Source: Octopus sinensis
Lineage: Eukaryota
Assembly (NCBI RefSeq): GCF_006345805.1
Contig: NC_043002.1
Location: 35,464,001-35,528,000, forward strand
Direction: 5' to 3'
DNA: 64,000 bases
The notes beneath the pieces were generated by a model. The model was given only the letters and a program-made list of their open reading frames with translations. It was not told where the DNA came from and made no database searches. The position numbers and the translations under genes are program-made. The stretch's first letter is position 1; the number at the start of each line of letters is the position of its first letter. Below are positions 36,629 through 48,204 of the stretch, in pieces.

Positions 36629-37141
36629 CTAGCAGTATCGCCCGGCGTTGCTCGGATTTGTAAGGGAAATAACTATATAAGCATTTTTAGAGAGTTACTT
36701 CCTTTATAGATGCCAATTCGGGCTTTCTGAGCCATTTCTGTTTTGGTGTCTTCAAGCCATGAAGTCGTTGTTCTAAAAGAACGCTGGTCTCCTTGACAAC
36801 GCTTTACGACGTTGATTTCCTTACACTCCCTTCCCCACAGCTTCACGAGGGAGGGAAGAAGGGGGAGAAGCAAATAGGTGCAGGTGTGACCATGGACGCC
36901 AACTCCGTCGCCATCGACATACGAAAAATTATGCATTAAAATGGAATAAAAAATGATGTTAAATTATTTTTAAAATCGTAGACTCATCGTAGACGCGCGC
37001 TAATACTCAGACGGGCTCGATATGAATCACGACTATAAGATACCCGAATTTGGTTAAACTACACCGCAAAATGTGGGAGTAGTTAGGAATCTAAATCGAA
37101 GGGGACAGACACTCACACAACTACAGTTTTATATATATAGA
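36629..37141 (-). mobile_element. Non-autonomous Helitron (family 1), copy 1, 513 bp
   Basis: 5'-TCTATATATATAAAAC ... CCGAGCAACGCCGGGCG hairpin ... CTAG-3' followed by T. Confidence 0.88.
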
Positions 37142-37647
37142 CTAGCAGTATCGCCCGGCGTTGCTCGAGTTTGTAAGGGAAATAACTATATAAGCATTTT
37201 TAGAGAGTTACTTCCCTTATATTCGGGCTTTCTTAGCCATTTCTGTTTTGGTGTCTTCAAGCCATGAAGTCGTTCTAAAAGAACGCTGGTCTCCTTGACA
37301 ACGCATTACGACGTTGATTTCTTTACACTCCCTTATCCACAACTTCACGAGGGAGGGAAGAAGGTGGAGAAGCAAACACAGGTGCAGGTGTTTGAGCGTG
37401 GACGCCAACTCCGCCGCCATCGACACACGAAAAATTATGCATTAAAATGGAATAAAAAATGATGTTAAATTATTTTAAAAATCGTAGACTCATCGTAGAC
37501 GCGCGCTAATACTCAGACGGGCTCGATATTAATCACGACTATAAGATACCCGAATTTGGTTAAACTGCACCGCAAAATGTGGGAGGAGTTAGGAATCTAA
37601 ATCGAAGGGGACAGACACTCACACAACTACAGTTTTATATATATAGA
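37142..37647 (-). mobile_element. Non-autonomous Helitron (family 1), copy 2, 506 bp
   Basis: Same termini; preceded by host A; its CTAG abuts the TC of copy 1. Confidence 0.88.
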
Positions 37648-38000
37648 TTTCCATGAAAGGCAAAACTATCATAAAATTTAGCACTACGCTTCATATAAAT
37701 CGGAGGTGTAAGTTTTTACGTATGATTTGGAGGATATTCATTTGCCAGAATTCTCTATAATCACACCAAGTCCAGTTGTTGTTGGTTTGTTTCATTAATG
37801 AATCAAAAGTAATCAATATTTGAGGACTCAGAAATCAAGAAATTATATATATTCTATATTTGCGTATGATAAATACAGCTTGTAAATTCACACGTTTTTT
37901 GTGAGTTTAGTTTGTTATTTTCAAATTTCAGATTCTTTCAACTTTCATTGCATCAGTTTTTGATATATATATATATATATTATATATATATATATATATA

Positions 38001-38188
38001 TTAAATTAGAGACAAAACCACTATTAGGCAAATCATACAATGAAAAACTTAAGCCAATACATAAGATTATTTAATTTATATTATTTAAATGTAACAAAAT
38101 TATTAAAAAAATATAATTAATATAACACTACGATCGTTTCATGGCTGTTAATATGATTTGCCTAAGAGTGGTTTTGTCTCTAATTTAA
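38001..38188. mobile_element. TA-flanked MITE with 37-bp TIRs
   Basis: TTAAATTAGAGACAAAACCACTATTAGGCAAATCATA vs TATGATTTGCCTAAGAGTGGTTTTGTCTCTAATTTAA (1 mismatch). Confidence 0.85.
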
Positions 38189-38274
38189 TATAATATAATA
38201 TTTTACTATAAAATTGGATTCAATCCTAAATCTGATTTTTCCCTGTAAGTTTGGATTTATTCCTTAATATTTAT

Positions 38275-38321
<47 letters not shown>

Positions 38322-38322
<1 letters not shown>

Positions 38323-38829
38323 TAGCAGTATCGCCCGGCGTTGCTCGGATTTGTAAGGGAAATAACTATATAAGCATTTTTAGAGAGTTACTTCCCTTAT
38401 AGATGCCAATTCGGGCTTTCTAAGCCATTTGTTTTGGTGTCTTCAAGCCATGAAGTCGTTGTTCTAAAAGAACGCTGGTCTCCTTGACAACGCATTACGA
38501 CGTTGATTTCTTTACACTCCCTTCCTCACAGCTTCACGAGGGAAGGAAGGGGGAGAAGCAAACAGGTGCAGCTATGAGCGTGGACGCCAACTCCGCCGCC
38601 ATTGACACACGAAAGATTATGCATTAAAATGGAATAAAAAATGATGTTAAATTATTTTTAAAATCGTAGACTCATCGTTGACGCGCGCTAATAGCCAGAC
38701 GGGCTCGATATGAATCACGACTATAAGATACCCGAATTTGGTTAAACTGCACCGCAAAATGTGGGAGGAGTTAGGAATCTAAATCGAAGGGGACAGACAC
38801 TCACACAACTAGAGTTTTATATATATAGA
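38322..38829 (-). mobile_element. Non-autonomous Helitron (family 1), copy 3, 508 bp
   Basis: A|TC...hairpin...CTAG|T, next to a (TA)n run. Confidence 0.88.
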
Positions 38830-39127
38830 TATAAACAGAATTCATGTTTGCTCACCCTGGTTTTAGTTTTATTCAAGGATTTGAAGAGATTAGAGTTTGT
38901 TGCGTTGCCAAAGATAATTCATTACCATATATCTTACTTTCCAGGGGAAAATAGATATATGATATTAAAGTGAAATATTCTTTTTTATTATTATTATTAA
39001 TTGTAAAGTCTTACATAGTCCAACTGGAATTCTGTATATTACCAATACTCATAAATGAATCTTCACGCTGCTGCCGGCATTTTAAGCTAATAATAAAACC
39101 TATCTTAAAGAACACGATCGTTTAAAG

Positions 39128-39406
39128 CAGTGCTACTCAAAGTGGTGGTCCGTGAGCCATCAGCTGCCGGGACGCGGCGAGTTTCCAGAAAAGAAAGAAA
39201 CATTATAAAATGCTTGTGTATTATTGCAATATTTGTTTACAAAATAAATAAAAGATAAAAAGAATTGTCGACGACTTTTATTATATTCATTGCATATATT
39301 GTTTCCTGTATAAATTAATATTACTAAGAAATATTACCGGTCCCTGGCACATTGGGGTGGGGGGGAGACTGCCGGTACGCCACATCAGATAGTTTGAGAA
39401 GCACTG
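39128..39406. mobile_element. hAT (Charlie-type) MITE, 279 bp
   Basis: TIR CAGTGCTACTCAAA / TTTGAGAAGCACTG; perfect 8-bp TSD GTTTAAAG (39120-39127, 39407-39414). Confidence 0.92.
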
Positions 39407-39759
39407 GTTTAAAGGGCATACTCATTCTATAATGCACTACGCTACCTCCACCGTAAAAAGACTGGATATTTACAAGTGGAACGTCTTTGATTATAAATTT
39501 GTTCGGCCAACAAATTATTTTTGTTGCAAAACAACAAAAAACAATATATTTCCTTGTTTTCTGGGCATAAACAATAAAAGTTCATTCTGGAGGAATTTGA
39601 ATTTGTAACTGTGAAGTGACAATCTAGACCAGTGGCTCCAGTGTAAATTAAATTGGATCCAATTGGATATAGGAAGTGACTAGAAACCTTGGTTCACTTG
39701 TAGATTTCTTACCTTTACACATAAAATAGCGTACTGGGTGTGGAATAATGTGTAATGAA

Positions 39760-39990
39760 CGAATATGACGAAAAAAAATTGCGCCGACGAACGGGGAAAA
39801 GGTGAATTTTCCGAGTCGTCCCCACCCTTTCGCCAGCGCGCACTTACCTGAATTCAATCTCAATATTTTCGTCGCTTTGATACCGAGACTTGTTCACTGA
39901 CAAGACAGATGTAGAACGAATTTTTGTCAGGGTTTTGTTGCGGTTTCAAAGAACGAAAATATTTAGACACAAATGAAATTTAAATGTTGC
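39760..39990 (-). promoter_or_regulatory. CpG-rich segment with consensus donor CAG|GTAAGT (39848/39847); candidate alternative non-coding first exon
   Basis: Local CpG enrichment in non-repeat sequence, perfect donor, no good acceptor or ORF upstream. Confidence 0.4.
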
Positions 39991-40303
39991 AGTGAAAGTA
40001 ACGTTTTTCTTTTTGTGGGTGTGTATGTTCTTGAATGGCTTACTTACAAACGTCTACGCTGCAATTGTTTCTTTTAATACCATTATGCAGAAGACAGAAT
40101 CGAAAAAAATTTTGTGCGAAAAACAGAAATACCACATTCGGTCTCGAGGACGCATTGGTCGGCCCGAGGCAATAGTGGGAGGACCTGGACAAACCACACG
40201 GTTCCAGGTTCAGTCCCATTGCATAGCACCTTAGGAAAGTGAATTTTCCGAGTCATCTCTCCCCACCCCCGTTCACCAGCGCGCATTTTTTTCTTTCATG
40301 CTC

Positions 40304-40717
40304 GGGATCTTTTCAGTTTGAACGGCAGTTTTTCTCTAGCGGTGTCATATGAAATTGTCACCCATAATTATGACCCTAGTATCGATCTATTGCATTTCAA
40401 TTTGTTTTAGGGTTAGGGTTAGGGATGGGGGAAGGGTATCTTTTTTTCTTCACAAATGTAAATAAACCCAATCTGTTTCTTAAACGAGGGACATATTCAT
40501 ACGGCACAGAATGTTTTTTTTATCTCAATAGACGTCAGTGATTGGTTGAAATTGCAGAAAAAACAACAACAAATATCTTACAAACTATAGAATTTTCTCA
40601 ATAAAGCCAAAGAGAAAAAGATGCTTTATAAACACATTCTACCAGTATACGAAGTTTAAAATTTTTTAGTTACCTAGAAATTATGTTAAAAACTGCCGTT
40701 CAAACCGAAAAGATCCC
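40304..40717. mobile_element. MITE with 30-bp GGGATC TIRs and internal (TTAGGG)3
   Basis: GGGATCTTTTCAGTTTGAACGGCAGTTTTT / AAAAACTGCCGTTCAAACCGAAAAGATCCC (1 mismatch); TTAGGG x3 at 40407-40424; TSD not identified. Confidence 0.85.
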
Positions 40718-40930
40718 ATATTCGTTTACTACACATTATTTTACACCTATTACTATTTTGTTTTCATTTTTTTGCTCGGGTCAAAAACTGGAGCTTAACT
40801 TATACGTTCATAGTTCATGAGTCTTGAGTCTGAGAAAAAGGCGGGATATTCACAGCTGGAACGTCTTTTCCCGCGGGTTCGTTCAATCATGAAAGACTGG
40901 AGATAAACAAAAACTAGCATTTATACTTAC

Positions 40931-41008
40931 CTCGAAAGCTAGCCATGAATAAGGCGAAACAACATCATAAAATAATTCAACAAGTTTACGCGGTGCCGAA
41001 CTCGCCAT
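40931..41008 (-). CDS. GSTK1: GSTK1 coding exon 1 (78 bp)
   Basis: CAAAC-ATG-G Kozak context; MASSAPRKLVELFYDVVSPYSWLAFE|GTAAGT; kappa-class FYDVxSPYS motif with the catalytic Ser. Confidence 0.97.
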
Positions 41009-41120
41009 GTTTGGACTTCGGATTCTGGTTTATTTACACATGTAACAAGAGTAGACAATATAATCTACACCCTAAGAGTTACGTCCCCTTATAACCTAAA
41101 CACTACACTACTGCAAACTC
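41009..41120 (-). promoter_or_regulatory. Probable GSTK1 5' UTR / core promoter
   Basis: Position immediately upstream of the ATG; weak TATA-like TTATAAG ~80 nt upstream; TSS not determinable. Confidence 0.35.
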
Positions 41121-41269
41121 GAAACCTTAATTATATATTTTAAATCGTTACAGACTCATGTTCAAACCAAGAAGTCTGTCGGAGGACTGTCAATTGAGTT
41201 ACTTTATTTTATTATCCACTATATTTTCAACAACTTTGGGTGCCTTTCTTTAATCTAATATATCTATCT

Positions 41270-41460
41270 TTCATCTTTTGTTTCAGTTATTGGACTGTAG
41301 CCATGCTGGAGCATCACCTTGAAGAATTTTAGTCGATCAAATCGATTTCAGTACTTATTTTTAAAGTTCGGTACTTGTTCTGTTGATTTTTTTTTACCGA
41401 CCCACTAAGTTACAGGACGTAAACAAACTAACACTGTGGTCTAGCGATGGTGGGACACAC
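41270..41460 (-). mobile_element. SINE C module
   Basis: TTTCAGTTATTGGACTGTAGCCATGCTGGAGCA..CTAAGTTACAGGACGTAAAC is homologous to 29655-29850. Confidence 0.7.
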
Positions 41461-41480
41461 AATATATATATATATATATA

Positions 41481-41756
41481 TAAAGGAACACAAATGAGGT
41501 TTAAAACTTATGACATCTGTTTTGGCTGATTAATATATTTATAGTATACATTTTAAATAGGTATAAAATTTTGATGATTATGAATCCAGCCTGCATGTTG
41601 GCTGGATTCATCTTCATCATCAAGGCAGTATCTCACCTGTTTATACCATTTAAAAGGCAGATTATATGTTACGACGATGTAATCTATGAATACCTCAATA
41701 AAATTCTCCTGAAATAGCTGTCGTAAATTTTGAACTCTATTTGTGCTCCTTTTATA
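41481..41756. mobile_element. Degenerate palindromic (foldback) MITE with a strong central hairpin
   Basis: Ends TAAAGGAACACAAAT / ATTTGTGCTCCTTTTA; centre TTGATGA-tt-ATGAATCCAGCC-8nt-GGCTGGATTCAT-ct-TCATCAA (41571-41623). Confidence 0.7.
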
Positions 41757-41979
41757 CCTATGTCACAATTAGAGCCAGCCTGGATCAGAGCTACAGTTTA
41801 AATTGGAGTTGGTACTTACATACATTAACCTACCAACACATATCTTCCTGATTGTTTTACTTCACTGGAGAACCCTATGTCATTGTATCTAATCCATTTC
41901 TGGCATCCAACGTGATGTGCCTAAATTCTAATGTATCTTGTAATATATATATATGCATGACAAGCTTCTTTCAGTTTCT

Positions 41980-42377
41980 TATTTCTTTACTGCATACAAG
42001 GGGCTAAACAAGGACAGACAAAGGGATTAAGTCAATTACATCAACTCCAGTGCGTAACTGGTACTTAATTTATCAACCCTGAAAGGATGAAAGGCAAAGT
42101 CGACCTCAGCAGAATTTGAACTCAGAGTGTAATGGCAGACGAAATACCTATTTCTTTACTACCCACAAGGGGCTAAACATAGAGTGAATAAACAAGGACA
42201 AAGGGATTAAGTCAATTACATCATCCCCAGTGCATAACTGGTACTTATTTAATCGACCCCGAAAGGATGAAAGGCAAAAATCGACCTCGGCGGAATTTGA
42301 ACTCAGAATGTAACAGCAGACGAAAATACTGCTAAGCATTACACCAGGCGTGCTAACGTTTCTGCTAGCTCGCCGCC
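41980..42377 (-). mobile_element. Tandem dimer of SINE family A inserted into a family B SINE
   Basis: Full copy 42377-42149 plus 5'-truncated copy 42148-41980, flanked by one 11-bp TSD TTTCAGTTTCT (41969-41979, 42378-42388). Confidence 0.8.
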
Positions 42378-42839
42378 TTTCAGTTTCTATCAATCAAATT
42401 CATACACAAGACTGACTGGCCTGAGGCTATATTAGAAGACACTGATCAAAGCCATGCACTGGGACTGAATGTGGAACCATGTAGATAGGAAGCAAACTTA
42501 CATGTGCAGAATTTTTTCACACCCAGAACTGTTGAGGCATGGATTAAACTATCCATGTTGATTGTTAGCTTATAAGGTTAACTGTACTTTTCAAAATGCC
42601 ATGCTTCCCAACGTTGATCAACACTTCCACTGACATGCCTATTTACTTTTACCTGTTCATGGCTTTGTCTAATTTGTTTTTTTATCTTGTATAATATTTA
42701 TGCACTTCTGGCCACCATTGATGCTTTTTTAAAATTTTCTTTTACCTTTTTCTAATTAGGAGCAGAGGCCAATTTTGTCTTATCCCTTCAGGGTAGACTT
42801 CATTGATGAGCTGCCACTAAAGGATTACTATTATTCTTG

Positions 42840-43188
42840 GGGAGCAAGCTGGCTGAATTGTCAGCACTCTGGACAAAAATGCTTAGCAGCATTTCATCTG
42901 CCTTCACATTCTGAGTTCAAATGCTGCAGAGGTTGACTTAACTTTTATCTCTTTTGGGATCAATAAAATGAGTACCAGTTGAGCACTGCAGAGGTTGGGG
43001 GGGGGACGTCGATATAATCAACTTGCTCCCTCTCCTGAAATTATTGACCGTGTGCCAAAATTTGAAATCATTATTCAACTTTACCTTTCAGCCTTTTGGG
43101 TCAACAAAATAAGTATCAGATGAACATTGGTGTTGATCGACCAGCCCTTACCCCAAAATTTCAGGCCTTGTGCCTATAGAAGAAAGGA
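42840..43188 (+). mobile_element. SINE family A copies (full and partial)
   Basis: GAGCAAGCTGGCTGAATTGTCAGC..GAGTTCAAATGC..GAGTACCAGTTG; second partial copy ends ..AGAAGAAAGGA. Confidence 0.7.
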
Positions 43189-43600
43189 TCTTATAATAAT
43201 TTTGCTAGTTTCTCTGTTACTTAGCCTGTGTAATGTCTCAATGCAGTTGAGGAGGGAGGAGAGATGGTTGTGAGTGAAATGTGTAATTTTTTTTTCTTCC
43301 ATTACTTAGCCTGTCTGTAACACTTTCATGTGATCAGTTGAAGGGAACAGCAAAGAGCAAAAGGGAGGAAGGTGAAGAGTGTTGTGTATTAAATCTATAA
43401 AATTGTGCATAAAGTATATAGAGTGCAGTAAGTAATCATTGTATTCCAGTTTCCTTCACTTTTCAATGATTAGTAGATGAGTGACTATCTTTTGATACAG
43501 ACAACACAGGCTACACTTGCAGTCTTATTTTGATAAAGTTTTCAGAAATAACCCAATAGATTTACCATTAATTCTGTGAAATATTCACAAGTCCTGCTAG
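43189..43600 (+). mobile_element. Non-autonomous Helitron (family 2), 412 bp
   Basis: A|TCTTATAATAATTTT ... TGTGAA-ATA-TTCACA hairpin ... CCTGCTAG|T; removal restores the SINE tail AGAAAGGATTATTATT seen intact near 44420. Confidence 0.8.
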
Positions 43601-43614
43601 TTATTATTCAAGTG

Positions 43615-44430
43615 GGGTAGGCTGGCAGAATTGCTAGCATTCTGAACAAAAAGCATAGCAGCATTTCTTGAAATGCTGCCAAGGTTGACTTAATCTTTTT
43701 ATCTGTTAAGGGAAAAATAAAATATGTAGCAGATGAGAACTGAGGCCAATATAATCAACTAGGACCCTCCCTCCAAATTTCAGGCCTTGTACTCAGAGGA
43801 GAAAGGCTTATTATTGGAAGAGGATAGTCAATTACATTGGCACCAGTACATGACTGGTATTTTATTTTATAGATGCTAAAATGGTGGAAAGCAAACCGTC
43901 TTGTCATTGAGTTCAAATCCCATCAAGGTCAACTTTGCCTTTCATCCCACTGGTATCAGTAAAATAAAGTATCCTTTGTACCTTGAAGTTTTCCAAATTG
44001 CCACCAAATTATGTTTTTTAAAAGTGCAGTTCTAAAGTTGTTTTGCATGCTGCTGATGAAAATTGCATTTGTTTTCTTTCTTATAAATTGATAAAGAAGT
44101 TAGGAGCATTTTATGTTATATAATTTTAGCCAATTGAAAGTATTCATTGCAAATATATCAAAAAATCAAAGCTGGGTGGTGTCATGGAAATCAGCAAAGA
44201 CAGAAATAAGACAAAGGAGATGAATTCAAGGCAGTATTGTTAGCACCCCAAACAAAATGCTTAGTAGCACTTCTGACTTAATGCTCTGAGTTCAAATTCT
44301 GCTGGGGTCCATTTTGCCTTTCATTCCTTTCGGGATTGATAAAGTTTGCAACATTTGATTACTTGTGGAGATAAAATTGATTATCCCAACTCTTTCAAAA
44401 TTGCACATCTTGTGTGCCTATAGTAGAAAG
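43615..44430 (+). mobile_element. Cluster of degenerate SINE family A copies (~43615-43810, ~43900-43970, ~44250-44430)
   Basis: Repeated GGCTGGCAGAA / GAGTTCAAAT / CCTTTCATCC motifs. Confidence 0.6.
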
Positions 44431-45197
44431 GATTATTATTTTAGAGGTCTTTGAAAGATCAGAGCAACTAGTAGTAATATCAACTAGAATGTAAACTTCA
44501 CTATCATTTTGATTAAACAGCATTAAACAAAATATCAACATTCATGCACACTCTCTCTTAACTTCTTAGTTTTCTACCAATCAAATTAATCCATGGGGAA
44601 TTGGTTGGTCCTGAGCTATAAATACAATTTGCCCAAGATACTGTGTAGTGAAAATAACCCCCAAACCACATAGTTGCAAAGCCAACCATTTAATCACAGT
44701 CATGTCTAATTATAATACATTCCAACGTGTGCATTTAACACTGCTTATATCTTATTGAACATTAGGCCTTACCTTAATATAATCATATAAAAGTACTGTT
44801 TTAGACAAATTACTTAAATTGAGAAAGTAAAATGCTGGCAATCTCCACTTGGTCTGATAATGTTGATCAGAATTACAAAAAGCTTAATTGTTATAAAGAA
44901 TTTTGAATATAAACTCTAAACAGGTTTTGTATCATAGTATCAGGAGGAAGTCTCCAGCTGATATTGAAAGAGGAGTGTTCTGCATGTTAGATACACATAC
45001 AGTAGACTGTCACAGATCAAGTTGAAAAGCTCAATTAACTGGAAAATGAGAAAACACCAAGTGCTTAAAATCTAAAAATAAGCAACGTCACATATCAGCT
45101 AATTAGTATTTCCCAATGCATTTATGAGTGTATCTAGCCCACAACTTTCATCAGTTGACCGTGAAGGTATTTCGACCTCGTTAAATATGACAAGTTG

Positions 45198-45232
<35 letters not shown>

Positions 45233-48204
45233 ATAAATACATAAGTAAAACGGAAAACGCCTGTGCTGATTATATCAATGCAAAAGCAATAACTCAGGAA
45301 ATCGAAATAAATACTGTTTTCATTAGATGGCTTTAAGATTAACACCTAACTGCTTTGCAAATATTTTCTAAAAATCCTGTGTTATCTCCCGCCCTGGATT
45401 CCTATATTCCTCTAATTGCAAGGATGCTTTCGGTTCGAAGTTTTTCACCTCATTCAATTATATTGGAGAAGGACGAACAGGTTGGACTACTGTATCTAGC
45501 AATCTTGAACAGTTTTTTTTTTATCCATAGAGTTTGGTTGGGAGACCTCAACTGCACAAGCTGGCAAAATTAAACCAGAAATTTATTAGGAAGTGTAAGG
45601 ACATGGCCAGAAATTTAGCAGGAGAAAAGGTGATAACAATGCCAGCACTTCATTGGTACATTATCAACTGCAGACTGATAAAAGGTGACTGATTATGGCC
45701 AGTGTTGAACAAAATGCCTTGCAGTGTTTGTTCTGATTCTTTACATTTTAACAACTAATTTACTATAAGGACACACACAATTGCTTGTAACATAAATATG
45801 AGACAAGTGATTAACCAATTATATTGTCTTTGACACTAGAGGTATGAAAAAAAAAATTGACTATGTAGAAATTTGAACTTAGACTGTAGAGACAGAGCAA
45901 ATACAGAAAGGCATTTTGTCCAAAGCATTACAAATGATGATTGTTTCTAGCATATGAACAAAGTCTGAAATTTAAGGAAAGAGATTAAATGATACCATCT
46001 ACTCTCAGTCTTGACTGGTCCTTATTTTAATCAACTCTAAAAGGCAGAGTTGATCTTGTAACATAAGAATGCAGAACAAATGCTGCAAGGCTCTTATGAT
46101 TTCATTAATCCACCACAAATGACATGTTCCTGATTTAGGCATGCAAGGAAGAGGTTAGTCAATACTATTGGCCATCAACCCAGGAGGAGTCAAAAGCAAA
46201 ATTGGCCTTAGTGGTCAGAAATAAATAGCATATATAATCCAAAATATTTTGTTCTGTACATTAGTAACCCAACATAAAAGAGTTGAATGCAAAACATTTA
46301 GTCCAACATTTGACACCTTTTTAAAATGTAAATATAAGATATAAATAAAGATGCAACTACTTGAGCAAGTGTGTTAGTTAATTTTACCCAGGGTCAATCA
46401 GTGCCTTATGAGAGAATTTTGCAAGCAAACTATAAGGAGCTCGTCATGTGTTTGCAAGTGTGTGTCAATGTTTACATCTTGCATTTAAGTGAAGTAATGA
46501 TATTTACATTCCTTGGCAACACAACAGGTCAGTCAGCACTTTCAAAGAGTGCCAGTGAAATAAATTCACTACTTGAAAAACAAGGGTTGGCAACAAGAAC
46601 ATTCAGTGGAACAATCTTGCCTCAAACAGATCCTTGTCCAACTCATGCTAGTATGGAAAAGCAGCTGTTAAATGGATGAATGTCCAACCACTAATGTTAA
46701 TGTAAGAATCATCAAGACAACAGCTTCAAACCTAAATTTCAATTGCTTCTTTTTTTTAATCAAAAATCAAGACAATTATAGGAATAGTAAATAAACAAAC
46801 AAAATATTTCAATCATTCGAGTAACATGCTGAAGCACCATTTTCAAGATTATAATCAATTATATCAAGTCCAGTACTTTCATGTGGGGCTTTTTTATTTA
46901 AACCTCTGAAGGATGAAAACCAAAGTCAACCTGGGTCACTTTTTTGTTTCAATTCCAAAGTAATGAGATGTAATCAAATACCAGAATGTTCTTAGTTCAA
47001 CTCAACAGATTCTGCCAAGATATTAGGATATTTTAGTGTGGAGATAAAATAAAGATGAACCATAGCATAAAAAAAAAAAACCATTAAAGAAACTTATGCA
47101 ACAAATAGGAAACAGGCCGTGAATCAGTTTTTTAATTTTATTTACAAAAATGAAAATGAAACAATCTGCTTTAGTATATAAATCATCATTCAGATATATA
47201 TATGAGAGAGAGAGAAGGTGTAGTATAAGTGTAATGTGGAAGTGCACTGGATAAATCAAGTGTTTATTGTTATGTGTTTACATGTGCTATGTGATGTGAT
47301 GAGGGGTGCCCTAGCGAGGTCAGAGTTTATGATGATCCACTGATGTCAGAATATAAAGTTAAATCACATATATTTATTTTTTTATTATATGAACCTCCCA
47401 CATAATGCTGGTGCATAGGCCCATGAGATTTATGCATTATATGTATTTACGAAATGAGCTAATCATATTTAGAGCAATACTTGATGGGAGTGTGTGTGTA
47501 TGTATGTGTATATATATATATAGAATATCTATGTGCGTAAGCACATATATATATTAGCTTGAGTACATAGAGAACAGTATCCATAAATCAGTATAATAGA
47601 GAATGGATGAGAATGTGCATATAGGAAGATATATATACAGAAACAACATAGTAAATTACAAGCATATAGACCTACTAGGAGTTGAATAAGTAATATTGCT
47701 GGAGTAATGTATCAGATTTTTGGTTTTGCCATCTACGATCCAGTTATATCCTAAGTTAACACTACCCATATTTTGTTTTAGGAATCATCATCATCATCGT
47801 TTAGCGTCCGCTTTCCACTAGCATGGGTTGGATGGTTCTATTGGGGTCTGTGAAATCTGGCAGTGTTTCTAAAATATTAAACATGTTTTAGTTACAACAG
47901 AAGGAAAAGCCTTTTGTTTGTTTTCATATAGCTTTCTATAAGAACTAACTAGCAAAAGAGCACAAGACACTAACAATGAGCTAGTAAAATGCATCATTGG
48001 AACTAACTAGGATTGTTAATATGAAGTACATTCGAGAAGCACAAGATAGCATTATTAACAGAAAGAAAGAACTTACACCAAAACCCAGATCTGAAAGAAC
48101 CAGCACCATATATCCAATAAGATCAACAAATTCCTTCCTACCAACAAACCTCCAAAAATACTGATAGTACAAATGATGGATACCAATACAGTTTAGCTAT
48201 AATA

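Noticed and set aside
44500-48200. Additional protein-coding gene between GSTK1 and TPX2
   Set aside because: Only short, low-information ORFs, SINE remnants and A-runs; no recognisable exon chain, though a non-coding or highly divergent gene cannot be excluded
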